A DNA stretch of 64,000 nucleotides from Thiohalospira sp. (GCA_046538755.1 JBKHIH010000007.1:16760-80759), one strand, 5' to 3'; positions 1-9,561 are shown, counted from the first letter of the stretch. Made by a program: numbers and translations. Notes: generated by a model not told the origin, from the letters alone.

Positions 1-143
1 CTTAAAAAATCTTTCATTACTTTAATTTATTTATTAGTTTGCTGTTGTTTGTTTTGATTTTTAAACAAAAAAAGTAAAAAGATGTTTTTTGGATTTGACG
101 AATGGGTTTTTTTATTTGATAAACGGATAATTTTTCTTCTTTT

Positions 144-1364
144 TTACCTTTTGGTATCTAATGCATCGCGAAGCCCGTTTCCAACCAAAGTAAATGAAAG
201 TACCAACAGCATGATTGCCAGTCCGGGAAGGATTGCCAGATAGGCTTTATCCATAATAATATAGCCATAATGTTCTTTAATCATGGTTCCCCATGATGGA
301 ACCGGCGGTTGTACACCAATACCCAGAAAGCTCAGGCCGGCTTCGAGAAGAATGGCGGTTGCAAAATTAGCAGCCGAAATAATAATAACCGGGCTAAAAA
401 CATTGGGAAGGATATGTTTAAATATAATTCTTATATGCCCAAAACCTAAAGCCCGGGCTGCTTCTACATATTCTTTTTCACGAATGCTTAATACCTGGCC
501 GCGAACCACACGGGCAACTTCTACCCACATAGTTAGCCCAACAGCAATAAATATTTGCCAAAATCCTTTTCCAATAACAAGTGTAATGGCAATAACCATA
601 AGCAGGGTTGGAATTGACCAGATAACATTAATTAGCCACATAATCACATCATCCACTTTTCCTTTAAAGTATCCGGCAATAGAGCCAAGGGTTAACCCGA
701 TTAATAATGAAATGAGAACTGAAATAAATCCTACAGAAATAGAAATACGAGCACCAATGAGCAGCCGGCTCAACAAATCGCGGCCAAAGCGGTCGGTGCC
801 CAACAAAAACCTTTTGGAAACGATATGATTTTGTTCAATTTTGGTTTTAAGCTCGTTGAATGATATCTCTTTTGTTTTTCCATCAATAGCTGTGAAAATA
901 AAACGATTGTCTTTTGTGATGATTTCTGTTCCGTAGGCTACAGGAAAAACAACATTTACAGGGTTTAGTTTTTGATAAATAGGTTCTTCACCTTCAATAT
1001 CATTATATGCTTCGATAATTAAATCATAATTTTCGAAATGATAAGAGTTTATGGGAATGTAAGAATATTTATTGTTTCTGCCCATTAACATGGTGTGAAG
1101 AAATCCTTTGTCATTTCCTAATTCATTTTTTTTGATTTTTATCATTTTGCAGCTAAAGCCTGGTTTTTTAGCAGCAATTTCCAATAGCTGGGTGTTGGCA
1201 AAGGGCGATTTGTCTGGTGTTATTGAATAACCCAATATTGTAATTATCACAATAAAAATAATAAAAAATAAACCTCCCAGGGAAAATTTGTTACGTTTAA
1301 ATTTTTGCCAGGCAAGATAATCTAATGAACCATCAACGTTAATCCTTCTCTTTTTAAAAAGCAT
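144..1364 (-). CDS. Peptide ABC transporter permease, OppC/DppC family, with a large extracytoplasmic insertion
   Basis: LLGTDRFGRDLLSRLLIGARISISVG and EAA loop EYVEAARALG; C-terminal GNGLRDALD; multiple TM segments. Confidence 0.9.
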   Translation of the reverse strand: MLFKKRRINVDGSLDYLAWQKFKRNKFSLGGLFFIIFIVIITILGYSITPDKSPFANTQLLEIAAKKPGFSCKMIKIKKNELGNDKGFLHTMLMGRNNKYSYIPINSYHFENYDLIIEAYNDIEGEEPIYQKLNPVNVVFPVAYGTEIITKDNRFIFTAIDGKTKEISFNELKTKIEQNHIVSKRFLLGTDRFGRDLLSRLLIGARISISVGFISVLISLLIGLTLGSIAGYFKGKVDDVIMWLINVIWSIPTLLMVIAITLVIGKGFWQIFIAVGLTMWVEVARVVRGQVLSIREKEYVEAARALGFGHIRIIFKHILPNVFSPVIIISAANFATAILLEAGLSFLGIGVQPPVPSWGTMIKEHYGYIIMDKAYLAILPGLAIMLLVLSFTLVGNGLRDALDTKR

Positions 1365-1382
1365 GAATCAAAAATATTGATT

Positions 1383-2501
1383 TTATCGTAATTTCCTTCC
1401 TTTCCATGAAAAATTTGCCATCCAGCCACAAAAAGTAGTTACCATAATATAAAAAGGGTAAATAAGTTGTAGTGGAAAAAATAGCCATAGCAGCTTTTGT
1501 TGGTTAAAAAATTTTGTTCCGGGAATAAGAATAAAGAGGTCTGCCAACGATTTAATAACAAAAAGCAATACAAAAATATACCATTCGTAAGGCCGGAAGA
1601 TTGTATTTATTAGCCAATATACAATCAACAAATTGCTTGCTGCAACCATAAGTGCTGTAATAATTATGTCGAAATCGCGATAAGCTTTGCTTTTGGAAGT
1701 CCACCGAATGCGTTGATTAAAGAAATCCGACAGGGTATGATTGGGTTTGGTGAAAACTATCGCTTCTTTTGATTTTATAAAATGGATGTTTTTGTTGTAA
1801 TTTTTTTTGGCTTGCAGCATAAGAAAAATATCATCACCTGAGGCATAATTTGAGTGTAATTCATTTTCGATAAACAGCGATTTTTCAAATAGCAGGTTTG
1901 CACCATTACACATAATTGGTTTATTAATTCCTGCCGCTCCTGCACCAGAAATAATAAGACTTGTAAATTCCAATGCCTGTAATCGGGCAAAAATATTGGT
2001 CGAGGGTTCGATAGCCACCGGGGCAATAATCATATTTGGTTTATGGATGCTGTAATATTCTGCCAGTGTCGACAGCCATTTTGTACCCATCCGGCAATCA
2101 GCATCGGTGGTTACTATAATTTTTGAAGAGCTGTGTTTTATACCGTAAGCCAGAGCAGCTTTTTTCCCTTTTTGCTTGTAAGGGTTTTGTATGATTTTTA
2201 TGTGATTGTTTTTCTCTGCATGCTTTTTTAAATTTTTGTAGGTATTATCTTCGGAATGGTCATCGACAAAAATGATTTCTGCATTTTTTTTTGGATAGTT
2301 TTGTTGCAAGAGTGGCTGAATCAAATTATCGATATTTTCTTCTTCGTTTCGGCAGGCAATTACAATACTTACCGATTCTCTCACAGCATAATTATTATGA
2401 TGTTTATAATACTTTAATTTAAACCATCCCAGCGCAAAAGAAATGATTGTAATTCCATATACAATTAGAATCAGAAATGATAGCGTGATAAAAAAATTCA
2501 T
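1383..2501 (-). CDS. Family 2 glycosyltransferase, membrane-anchored
   Basis: SIVIACRNEE, FVDDHS, TTDADC (DxD), GDD and QRIRW motifs; N- and C-terminal TM helices. ATG at 2501 preferred over TTG at 2522. Confidence 0.9.
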   Translation of the reverse strand: MNFFITLSFLILIVYGITIISFALGWFKLKYYKHHNNYAVRESVSIVIACRNEEENIDNLIQPLLQQNYPKKNAEIIFVDDHSEDNTYKNLKKHAEKNNHIKIIQNPYKQKGKKAALAYGIKHSSSKIIVTTDADCRMGTKWLSTLAEYYSIHKPNMIIAPVAIEPSTNIFARLQALEFTSLIISGAGAAGINKPIMCNGANLLFEKSLFIENELHSNYASGDDIFLMLQAKKNYNKNIHFIKSKEAIVFTKPNHTLSDFFNQRIRWTSKSKAYRDFDIIITALMVAASNLLIVYWLINTIFRPYEWYIFVLLFVIKSLADLFILIPGTKFFNQQKLLWLFFPLQLIYPFYIMVTTFCGWMANFSWKGRKLR

Positions 2502-2568
2502 TACAACCTGTTTTATTTTCAAAAGTAATAAATAAATTTTGGCTTTGGTTGCGAAATTACTTGATGGT

Positions 2569-2599
2569 TTTGTATTAAGCGATTGATTTTTTAACTTAG
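2569..2599 (+). promoter_or_regulatory. Putative Bacteroidota housekeeping promoter for the amr locus
   Basis: TTTG (2569-2572), 19-nt spacer, TAACTTAG (2592-2599; one mismatch to TAnnTTTG), shortly upstream of ATG 2616. Confidence 0.45.
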
Positions 2600-2615
2600 C
2601 TCAAAACTCATTTTT

Positions 2616-4163
2616 ATGATGCGGTTTAAATATTTTAAATGGTATTTAGTAGTTTTCTTTATAGTGCTTTTAACAACAGATTGTAATGCGCAAACTGTTA
2701 AAAGCGATAAAAATCAGCAGGAGTGTATCGACAGAGAGCCTGTAGTTGCAGGGTCTTTTTATCCGGATAACCCCGAATCGTTAAAAATGATGTTAGAATC
2801 ACTTTTCGCACGCAGCGAAACCGTTAAAACCTACAATGATGTTTTAGCCATTATTTCACCACATGCTGGTTATCCGTATTCGGGAAAAGTAGCTGCTTCG
2901 GCTTTTAACCAAATCGACACGGAAAAAAGCTATGAAAATATATTTATATTGGCCTCGAGCCACAGAGTAATATTTAACGGAGCCTCCATTTATAATGTTG
3001 GCGATTATATTACTCCGTTGGGAAAAGTAAAAGTAAACCGCAAACTGGCAAACGAGCTAATCGAACAACATAAAATTTTTGTTTATCATCCCGATGCCCA
3101 CAAAGCTGAACATAGCCTTGAAGTCCAATTGCCGTTTTTACAATATAAAATGACTAAGGATTTTAAAATTGTGCCGATTGTAACTGGTACGCAAAACATG
3201 AATGATTGTAAAAAAATTGCTGCTGCCTTAAAACCGTATTTTAATGAAAATAATTTATTTGTCATAAGTACCGATTTCTCACATTATCCGGCTTATAATG
3301 ATGCAATAAAAGTGGACAAAAAAACCGGAGATGCTATTTTGGCCAATTCGGTAAACAGAGTAATTGATGCAATCAGTGAAAATGAATCGGCACACATTGA
3401 AAACCTGGCTACAAGTATGTGCGGATGGCCTGCTGTGATTTCACTATTATATATTACGCAGGATATGCCAGATGTTAATATTATTCATGTCGATTATCAG
3501 AATTCTGGCGATGAAACCCGCGATAAAAGCCGCGTGGTTGGATATCATGCCATTGCATTTGAAAGAATAAAAACAAAAAATATGTCTGAAAATCATTTTA
3601 AACTTACCGATGAAGAAAAGCTTAAGCTATTGGAAATAGCCCGAATTACAATTAATGAATACCTGGAATCTGGAAAAATGCCGGATATAGATGCAGAAAA
3701 GATAACACCCGAAATGCGGGAGCACTGTGGAGCTTTTGTAACATTACATTTAGAAGGAGCATTGCGTGGTTGTATCGGAAGGTTTTCGGCCAACGAGCCT
3801 TTGTATGAAATTGTTCAGAAAATGGCTGTTGCTGCTGCCACTGAAGACCACAGGTTCTCTCCAGTACAGCCCGAAGAAATGAATAAAATTGACCTTGAAA
3901 TTTCCGTATTAACACCAATGAAGAAGATTAAATCGATTGATGAAATTGAAATGGGCAGGCATGGAATTTATATTAAAAAAGGATTCGCAACCGGAACATT
4001 TTTACCTCAGGTAGCCCAAGAAACCGGTTGGGCTAAAGAAGAGTTTTTAGGATACTGTTCAAGAAATAAAGCCGGATTGGGATGGGATGGATGGAAAGAT
4101 GCCGATATTTTTGTATACGAGGCGCTTGTTTTTGGTGAAAAAGAATTTAAAAAAGACAATTAA
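2616..4163 (+). CDS. amrB: AmmeMemoRadiSam protein B (Memo-like) fused to protein A (AMMECR1-like), with an N-terminal signal peptide
   Basis: Memo motifs REPVVAGSFYP, SPHAGY, EHSLEVQLPFLQ, STDFSHY, SMCG; AMMECR1 motifs GAFVTL, LRGCIG, LPQVA; hydrophobic N-terminus ending CNA|Q. Confidence 0.9.
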   Translation: MMRFKYFKWYLVVFFIVLLTTDCNAQTVKSDKNQQECIDREPVVAGSFYPDNPESLKMMLESLFARSETVKTYNDVLAIISPHAGYPYSGKVAASAFNQIDTEKSYENIFILASSHRVIFNGASIYNVGDYITPLGKVKVNRKLANELIEQHKIFVYHPDAHKAEHSLEVQLPFLQYKMTKDFKIVPIVTGTQNMNDCKKIAAALKPYFNENNLFVISTDFSHYPAYNDAIKVDKKTGDAILANSVNRVIDAISENESAHIENLATSMCGWPAVISLLYITQDMPDVNIIHVDYQNSGDETRDKSRVVGYHAIAFERIKTKNMSENHFKLTDEEKLKLLEIARITINEYLESGKMPDIDAEKITPEMREHCGAFVTLHLEGALRGCIGRFSANEPLYEIVQKMAVAAATEDHRFSPVQPEEMNKIDLEISVLTPMKKIKSIDEIEMGRHGIYIKKGFATGTFLPQVAQETGWAKEEFLGYCSRNKAGLGWDGWKDADIFVYEALVFGEKEFKKDN

Positions 4164-4498
4164 TGGAAACTTATGGATTTTTGCCTATTGCTGCAAGTGC
4201 ACTAATAATTTATTTAATAAGTTATTACTTAACACGTATTAACAATTATAAATTTACGACCCATCGGCGTATTTGGAACTTATTATTGCTTATATCATTC
4301 CTTGTTGCCGGCTTAATTGGAATGTTTATGGCGGTGGTTATTAGTTTTGAATTTAACATCAGTTATCCTTTTGAATTATTAAAAATACATGTTGGTTTTG
4401 GAATTGTTTGGTTTATCATTGCCACTTTTCATTTTTTTTGGCATCTTTCTTATTTTAGGAAATCGTTAAAAAAGTTATTTACAAAATCATCGAAATAG
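4163..4498 (+). CDS. Small 3-TM membrane protein, DUF4405-like (possible cytochrome b-type)
   Basis: 111 aa; three hydrophobic helices with His at HRRIWN, KIHVGFG and FHFFWH; start overlaps the upstream stop (TAATG). Confidence 0.6.
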   Translation: METYGFLPIAASALIIYLISYYLTRINNYKFTTHRRIWNLLLLISFLVAGLIGMFMAVVISFEFNISYPFELLKIHVGFGIVWFIIATFHFFWHLSYFRKSLKKLFTKSSK

Positions 4499-4505
4499 TA
4501 TTAAT

Positions 4506-6638
4506 ATGTTTAAAACTTTTTTAAAATATACAAAGACTGGCATTATACTGCTGGGATTTATTACCTTTATTACACAAATAATTTTATTGCGCGAGTTTCT
4601 TACTTTTTTTAATGGTAACGAACTGGTTATAGGAATTATTCTGGCAAACTGGATGCTGCTTACCGGATTTGGTGCTTACATTGGCAGGTTTTTTAAAACA
4701 CATCGAAACAGACAAACAATAATATTTTCCTTGCTTGCACTATTAATTTTTATCCCTGTTGTAACAGTGTTTTTGCTTCATTTTTTATGGAATGCAATTT
4801 ATCCCGGTGGTGTAATGGTGGGTATTACACAAGTGTTTTATTATTCTTTGTTTTTGTTGAGTCCCTTTTGTATTGTTGCAGGCATGCTCTTTACTTTAAT
4901 AGCAAAAGACGAATCATTTTTATCAGACAAGAACCGGGTAGATGCGGTTTATGCCTGGGAATCGGCCGGAAGTATGCTAGGCGGATTAATTTTAAATTTT
5001 GTGTTGGTATGGTATTTTAAAACATTCGAAAGTTTATATATTTTAATGTCCATAGGAGTTATCGTTACTTTATACTTAACCATCAGAACCAATCATATTT
5101 TTATCTCCGGTATCCTGGTTTTTGTTTTTCTGGCCTTTAATTTTTTATTTTTTCAAAATGATTTGGATAAATCAGTGCGTGAGCTTTCTTTTCATAATCA
5201 GGAAATCCAGTTTGTTAAAGATACTCCTTTTGGAGTGCTGGCCATTACAAAACAAGACGAACAAACCAATTATTACGAGAATAATGTATTGATGGCAACA
5301 TCTGGTGATGTAACGATAAAGGAAGAAGCCGCTCATTTTCCTATGGTTCAGTACGAAAACCCTGAAAATGTACTGGTGCTTTCAGGTATTATTACCGGAA
5401 TTCTTGATGAAGTTGTTAAATATCCTGTAAAAAGAATTGATTATGTGGATGTTAATCCATGGATTATAAAAATCGCTAAAGATTTTTTTAAAATCGACAG
5501 CATGCAAACGGTTCATATTATTAAAGATGACCCTTTAAGGTATCTAAAAAGTATAGATCGCAAGTATGATGTAATTATTATTAACCTCCCTAAACCTTCT
5601 ACTATTCAGTTTAACAGATATTATTCGCAGGAATTCTTTGCGCTGCTCAAAAATCATCTTACCCAAAATGCGGTGATATCATTTTCCATGCCTTCGAGTT
5701 CTAATTACCTTAACGAAGAAGCCCGTAATCTCCTGTCTATCCTAAATAAAACACTAAAAACAACTTTTAATCATGTGATGATTTTACCTGGAAATGAAGA
5801 TTACATCCTGGCATCCGATAAGGAATTAACATATCAAATAACTGAACAGATTGCAGCAAAAAATATTGCTACCGAATATGTTAACACCTTTTATTTTGAT
5901 GATGATTTGCTAAAAAGCCGCAGTAAGTTAATTATGGATCAATTAACAGATGATGTGCCGTTGAATAAAAGCTATAATCCAGTATGTTATCAAAGCCAGA
6001 TAAAATTGTGGCTAAGCCATTTTGATGTTAATTATTGGTTGCCGGCTTTGATTATCTTATTATTTTCAGGATTTTTCTTCTTTAAAGCAAATGCTATCAA
6101 TAAAGGAGTTTTTGCAGCCGGTTTTGCCGGTACAAGTATTGAGTTTGTACTTTTGCTTGTTTTTCAGGTTATTTACGGATATGTTTACGTTGTGGCCGGA
6201 ATGTTTATTATGGTTTTTATGGGCGGCTTAGCTTTGGGTGCCTATTATACCCCAAAAATTTTTAAAACCATCCATCGAGAATTATTCTCACGTATACTAA
6301 TGTTAATTGCTGCTTTTGCTTTTGTGTTGCCGGCAATTTTTATTTTACTTAAAAATATTCATTTACCTGCCCTTTTAATTTTTACTGCTTTTTTTCTTTT
6401 AGTTGCTTTTATTTCAATTTCAACGGGAGTTATATTTTCTATGGCAACGCGGTTAAGTCATAACGATCATGGGATTATTGCATCGAATGTTTACGGATTA
6501 GATTTATTGGGAGCTGCTGCCGGTGCACTGCTTTTTGCCATTTATTTGGTTCCCATTTTAGGATTTTTATGGTCGGTTGTAATTACCGGAATACTTAATT
6601 TGTTTGTTGCCGGTTGGGTTTGGGTTAAAAAATGGTGA
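4506..6638 (+). CDS. Polytopic membrane protein with a central spermidine synthase/SAM-dependent transferase-like domain
   Basis: TQIILLREFL..GNELVIG, YAWESAGSMLG, KYDVIIINLPKPST..NRYYSQEFF and YGLDLLGAAAG are typical of the fused membrane/SpeE-like family. Confidence 0.8.
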   Translation: MFKTFLKYTKTGIILLGFITFITQIILLREFLTFFNGNELVIGIILANWMLLTGFGAYIGRFFKTHRNRQTIIFSLLALLIFIPVVTVFLLHFLWNAIYPGGVMVGITQVFYYSLFLLSPFCIVAGMLFTLIAKDESFLSDKNRVDAVYAWESAGSMLGGLILNFVLVWYFKTFESLYILMSIGVIVTLYLTIRTNHIFISGILVFVFLAFNFLFFQNDLDKSVRELSFHNQEIQFVKDTPFGVLAITKQDEQTNYYENNVLMATSGDVTIKEEAAHFPMVQYENPENVLVLSGIITGILDEVVKYPVKRIDYVDVNPWIIKIAKDFFKIDSMQTVHIIKDDPLRYLKSIDRKYDVIIINLPKPSTIQFNRYYSQEFFALLKNHLTQNAVISFSMPSSSNYLNEEARNLLSILNKTLKTTFNHVMILPGNEDYILASDKELTYQITEQIAAKNIATEYVNTFYFDDDLLKSRSKLIMDQLTDDVPLNKSYNPVCYQSQIKLWLSHFDVNYWLPALIILLFSGFFFFKANAINKGVFAAGFAGTSIEFVLLLVFQVIYGYVYVVAGMFIMVFMGGLALGAYYTPKIFKTIHRELFSRILMLIAAFAFVLPAIFILLKNIHLPALLIFTAFFLLVAFISISTGVIFSMATRLSHNDHGIIASNVYGLDLLGAAAGALLFAIYLVPILGFLWSVVITGILNLFVAGWVWVKKW

Positions 6639-6704
6639 TTTAGATTTTTCGTTTCCATTTCGTAAATTGCGATTCATAATTTACGCAACGCAAAATACGG
6701 AATC

Positions 6705-7836
6705 ATGCAACAAAAAACCATCAAATCCATTTATTCTAACAGGATGCTATTCACCTGAGTATTTTTATGGCCGCAACGAAGAGTTTGCAAAATTATCAGA
6801 AGCGATTAAAAATGAGCGAAATGTTACTTTGTTTTCTTTGCGCAGGTTAGGAAAAACAGCATTAATACAGCACTTGTTTCATTTTTTAGAAAAAGATAAT
6901 CATTTTATTACTCTTTATGTAGATATTTTATCAACAGATTCGTTGCAAAACCTTACACAAAAAATTGCTACATCAGTAGTTCGAAAATTTGGGAGTATTG
7001 AAAAACGCGGATTAACCAAAAAAATACAAGATTTTATAAGGAATATTGGCGCCGGAATAGAGTTTGACCCTGTATCTGGTAACCCGTCAATAAAGTTTTC
7101 ATATGCCGATTATGATCAATCAAAATTGTCATTACAAACAATTTTAGATTTTTTGAGTAAACAAAAGCAAACAGTTGTTATAGCTCTTGATGAGTTTCAT
7201 CAAATAACCAGGTATCAGGAGGATAGCCCTGAAGCTTTTATCCGGTCTTTGGTGCAGGAATTTCCAGGTATCCGGTTTATTTTTAGTGGCAGTCACCGTA
7301 ATATTATGATTTCGCTTTTTACAGGGCCTGGGCAACCATTTTACAGAAGTACTCAGATTTTTGAATTGTTGAATATCCATCCTGATGAATACAGCCATTT
7401 TATAAAGTATCATTTAAAAAAAGATAACAAAATAATTGAACAGGAAGCCATTAATAGGATATTTGATTGGACAAACTTACAAACCTACTATGTTCAGTTG
7501 GTTTGTAACAGATTGTATAGTTCATATGAAAATATTTCTATGGAGTTAGTAAATGATACTTTTTTGAAAATTCTTGAAGAAGAGCAGACTGTTTTTTCAA
7601 ATTACAGAAATTTATTAACATTTGTTCAATGGCGTGTTCTGGTAGCTTTATCTAAAGATGCACCCGTAAGCGAACCTACAAGTGGATCATTTTTAAGGAA
7701 ACATAATATTTCATCAACAAGTACTATGAGCACAGCAATAAAGGCATTACAAGAAAAGGAATTGATTATAAAATTAAAGGGTCAGTATATTATTCATGAT
7801 ACATTGTTGATGCGATGGATTCAACAAAATTTTTAG
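6705..7836 (+). CDS. AAA+ ATPase (archaeal ATPase-like, probable C-terminal winged helix); natural ATG appears out of frame
   Basis: NPF..G...EYFYGRNEE, Walker A SLRRLGKT, Walker B IALDEFHQI, FIFSGS. ATG 6705 is separated from the coding frame by one extra base in the A6 tract at 6712-6717. Confidence 0.75.
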
Positions 7837-7853
7837 TATAGGATGACAAAATA

Positions 7854-7885
7854 ATTGTATTTCGCCAAATTCAATCTTAAATTTG
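7854..7885 (+). promoter_or_regulatory. Putative promoter for amrS
   Basis: Perfect TAnnTTTG (TAAATTTG, 7878-7885) with ATTG 20 nt upstream. Confidence 0.55.
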
Positions 7886-7931
7886 AAAAACAAATGAGTT
7901 TAATTTTCGTTTTTAATACAAAAAAGGAGTT

Positions 7932-9068
7932 ATGAGTAAGCACAGAATAAGTAAACGTGAATTCCTGAAATACGGATTTTTGGGCTCCTGTGCTTGTTTA
8001 ATGGGAGTTGGTAAGTTGCATGCTTTTAACAATATTTCATTATCGAATGATGGCCTTTGGAAATGGAGTAAATTATCGCGTTATTATATCGATACACCTC
8101 GCGGTGCTAAGTGTTTAATATGTCCTAATGAATGCACATTAAAAGAAGATGAGGTGGGTGATTGCCGTTCAAGAGTAAATTACGAAGGGAAAATTTATTC
8201 TATTGGTTACGGAAATCCTTGCTCATTGCATGTCGACCCTATAGAGAAAAAACCATTATATCATTTTTTACCCGAAAGCCGTTCGTTTTCATTGGCTGTT
8301 GCCGGCTGCAACCTCGCTTGTTTAAATTGCCAAAATTGGCAAATATCGCAGGTTAGCCCCAAAGATACCCGGAACTATGATTTAATGCCATCCGAAGTCT
8401 ATAAGCAGGCGAAACATTATAATTGCCAGTCTATTGCTTATACTTATTCTGAGCCCATTTCTTTTTACGAGTATTTTTACGACTCGGCAAAGATAGCCAA
8501 AGAACATGGCATAAAAAATGTAATGATTTCCGCCGGTTATATCAATGAAAAGCCATTGCGTGATGTGGCAAAATATGTAGATGCTGCCAATATCGACCTG
8601 AAAAGTTTTAGTGATGAAATTTATGCCCGGTTAAATGCAGGTTCTCTCGAACCGGTATTAAATACTTTAAAAATTTTAAAAGAAGAAGGTGTTTGGCTTG
8701 AAATTACCAATTTGGTTGTACCTGATTGGACAGATGATTTGGATATGATAAAAAAAATGTCGCAGTGGTTATATAAAAATGGATTTAAAGATACTCCCTT
8801 GCATTTTAGCCGATTTACGCCTATGCATAAGTTAACTCATGTGCCGGCAACACCTGTTAGTGTGCTAAATAAAGCACGTAAAATTGCAATGGATGCCGGG
8901 TTACTTTATGTTTATATTGGCAATGTACCCGGTACTGATGCACAAAATACTTACTGTCCGAATTGTAAGGAAATAGTTATTGAACGGAAAGGTTACCGGA
9001 TAACGCAAAATAACATGATTAATGGCAAATGTAAAAACTGTAATGTTTTAATTTCCGGCGTGTGGTAG
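7932..9068 (+). CDS. amrS: AmmeMemoRadiSam radical SAM enzyme with a Tat-like N-terminal leader
   Basis: CLICPNEC, VDPIEKKPLYHF, CxxxCxxC (CNLACLNCQNW), AYTYSEP, NIDLKSF, C-terminal CPNC and CKNC; leader SKREFLK. Confidence 0.92.
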   Translation: MSKHRISKREFLKYGFLGSCACLMGVGKLHAFNNISLSNDGLWKWSKLSRYYIDTPRGAKCLICPNECTLKEDEVGDCRSRVNYEGKIYSIGYGNPCSLHVDPIEKKPLYHFLPESRSFSLAVAGCNLACLNCQNWQISQVSPKDTRNYDLMPSEVYKQAKHYNCQSIAYTYSEPISFYEYFYDSAKIAKEHGIKNVMISAGYINEKPLRDVAKYVDAANIDLKSFSDEIYARLNAGSLEPVLNTLKILKEEGVWLEITNLVVPDWTDDLDMIKKMSQWLYKNGFKDTPLHFSRFTPMHKLTHVPATPVSVLNKARKIAMDAGLLYVYIGNVPGTDAQNTYCPNCKEIVIERKGYRITQNNMINGKCKNCNVLISGVW

Positions 9069-9129
9069 TTTAAAAAATCCTATTTTTATCAAAAAAATAT
9101 AATCGATTTACATGAATTTTTTTAAGATA

Positions 9130-9561
9130 TTAGGAATTGTTTTTGTTGCTTCGATTATTATTTTCTGATTGATTTTTTTGATGAAAAAATAATTTGGGAG
9201 CTATAACACCAGTTATAATACCTGCTGCATTGGCATAAAAATCATTAAGGTTGAAAGTTCGTCCGGGAATAAAACTTTGTGCAATTTCACTACCGGCGGC
9301 TAAAAATAATCCACCTATCAGAAAGATGTACAATAATCGCGGTTTTAGGTTAAAATATTTGTTGGCTTTCCATAGTAAGTAAAAAATAGCTAATGAAAAA
9401 TAAGCGATGAAGTGCAATAGATAATCAAGCCGGATAGATTTTTCGTTAAATTCTGTTTTCATTTCAGGGCCTCCGGGGAGGGTAGAAGCCAGAAGGATTA
9501 TAATAAGCCAAAACCAAAAAATAAAACCAAATAATTTTTTATTCCTAAATATAATATCCAT
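9130..9561 (-). CDS. VanZ-like family membrane protein
   Basis: DYLLHFIAYFSL and SEIAQSFIPGRTFNLNDFYANAAG motifs. Confidence 0.8.
   Translation of the reverse strand: MDIIFRNKKLFGFIFWFWLIIILLASTLPGGPEMKTEFNEKSIRLDYLLHFIAYFSLAIFYLLWKANKYFNLKPRLLYIFLIGGLFLAAGSEIAQSFIPGRTFNLNDFYANAAGIITGVIAPKLFFHQKNQSENNNRSNKNNS

Noticed and set aside
6604-6704. Track N-terminal extension of the ATPase from TTG 6604 (similarly the extensions at 34049, 40619 and 57152)
   Set aside because: They overlap neighboring genes or intergenic sequence and precede the family-typical N-termini; downstream ATGs are more plausible.
7921-7931. AGGAG upstream of amrS as a Shine-Dalgarno site
   Set aside because: Only 2 nt from the ATG, too close to be a convincing SD.
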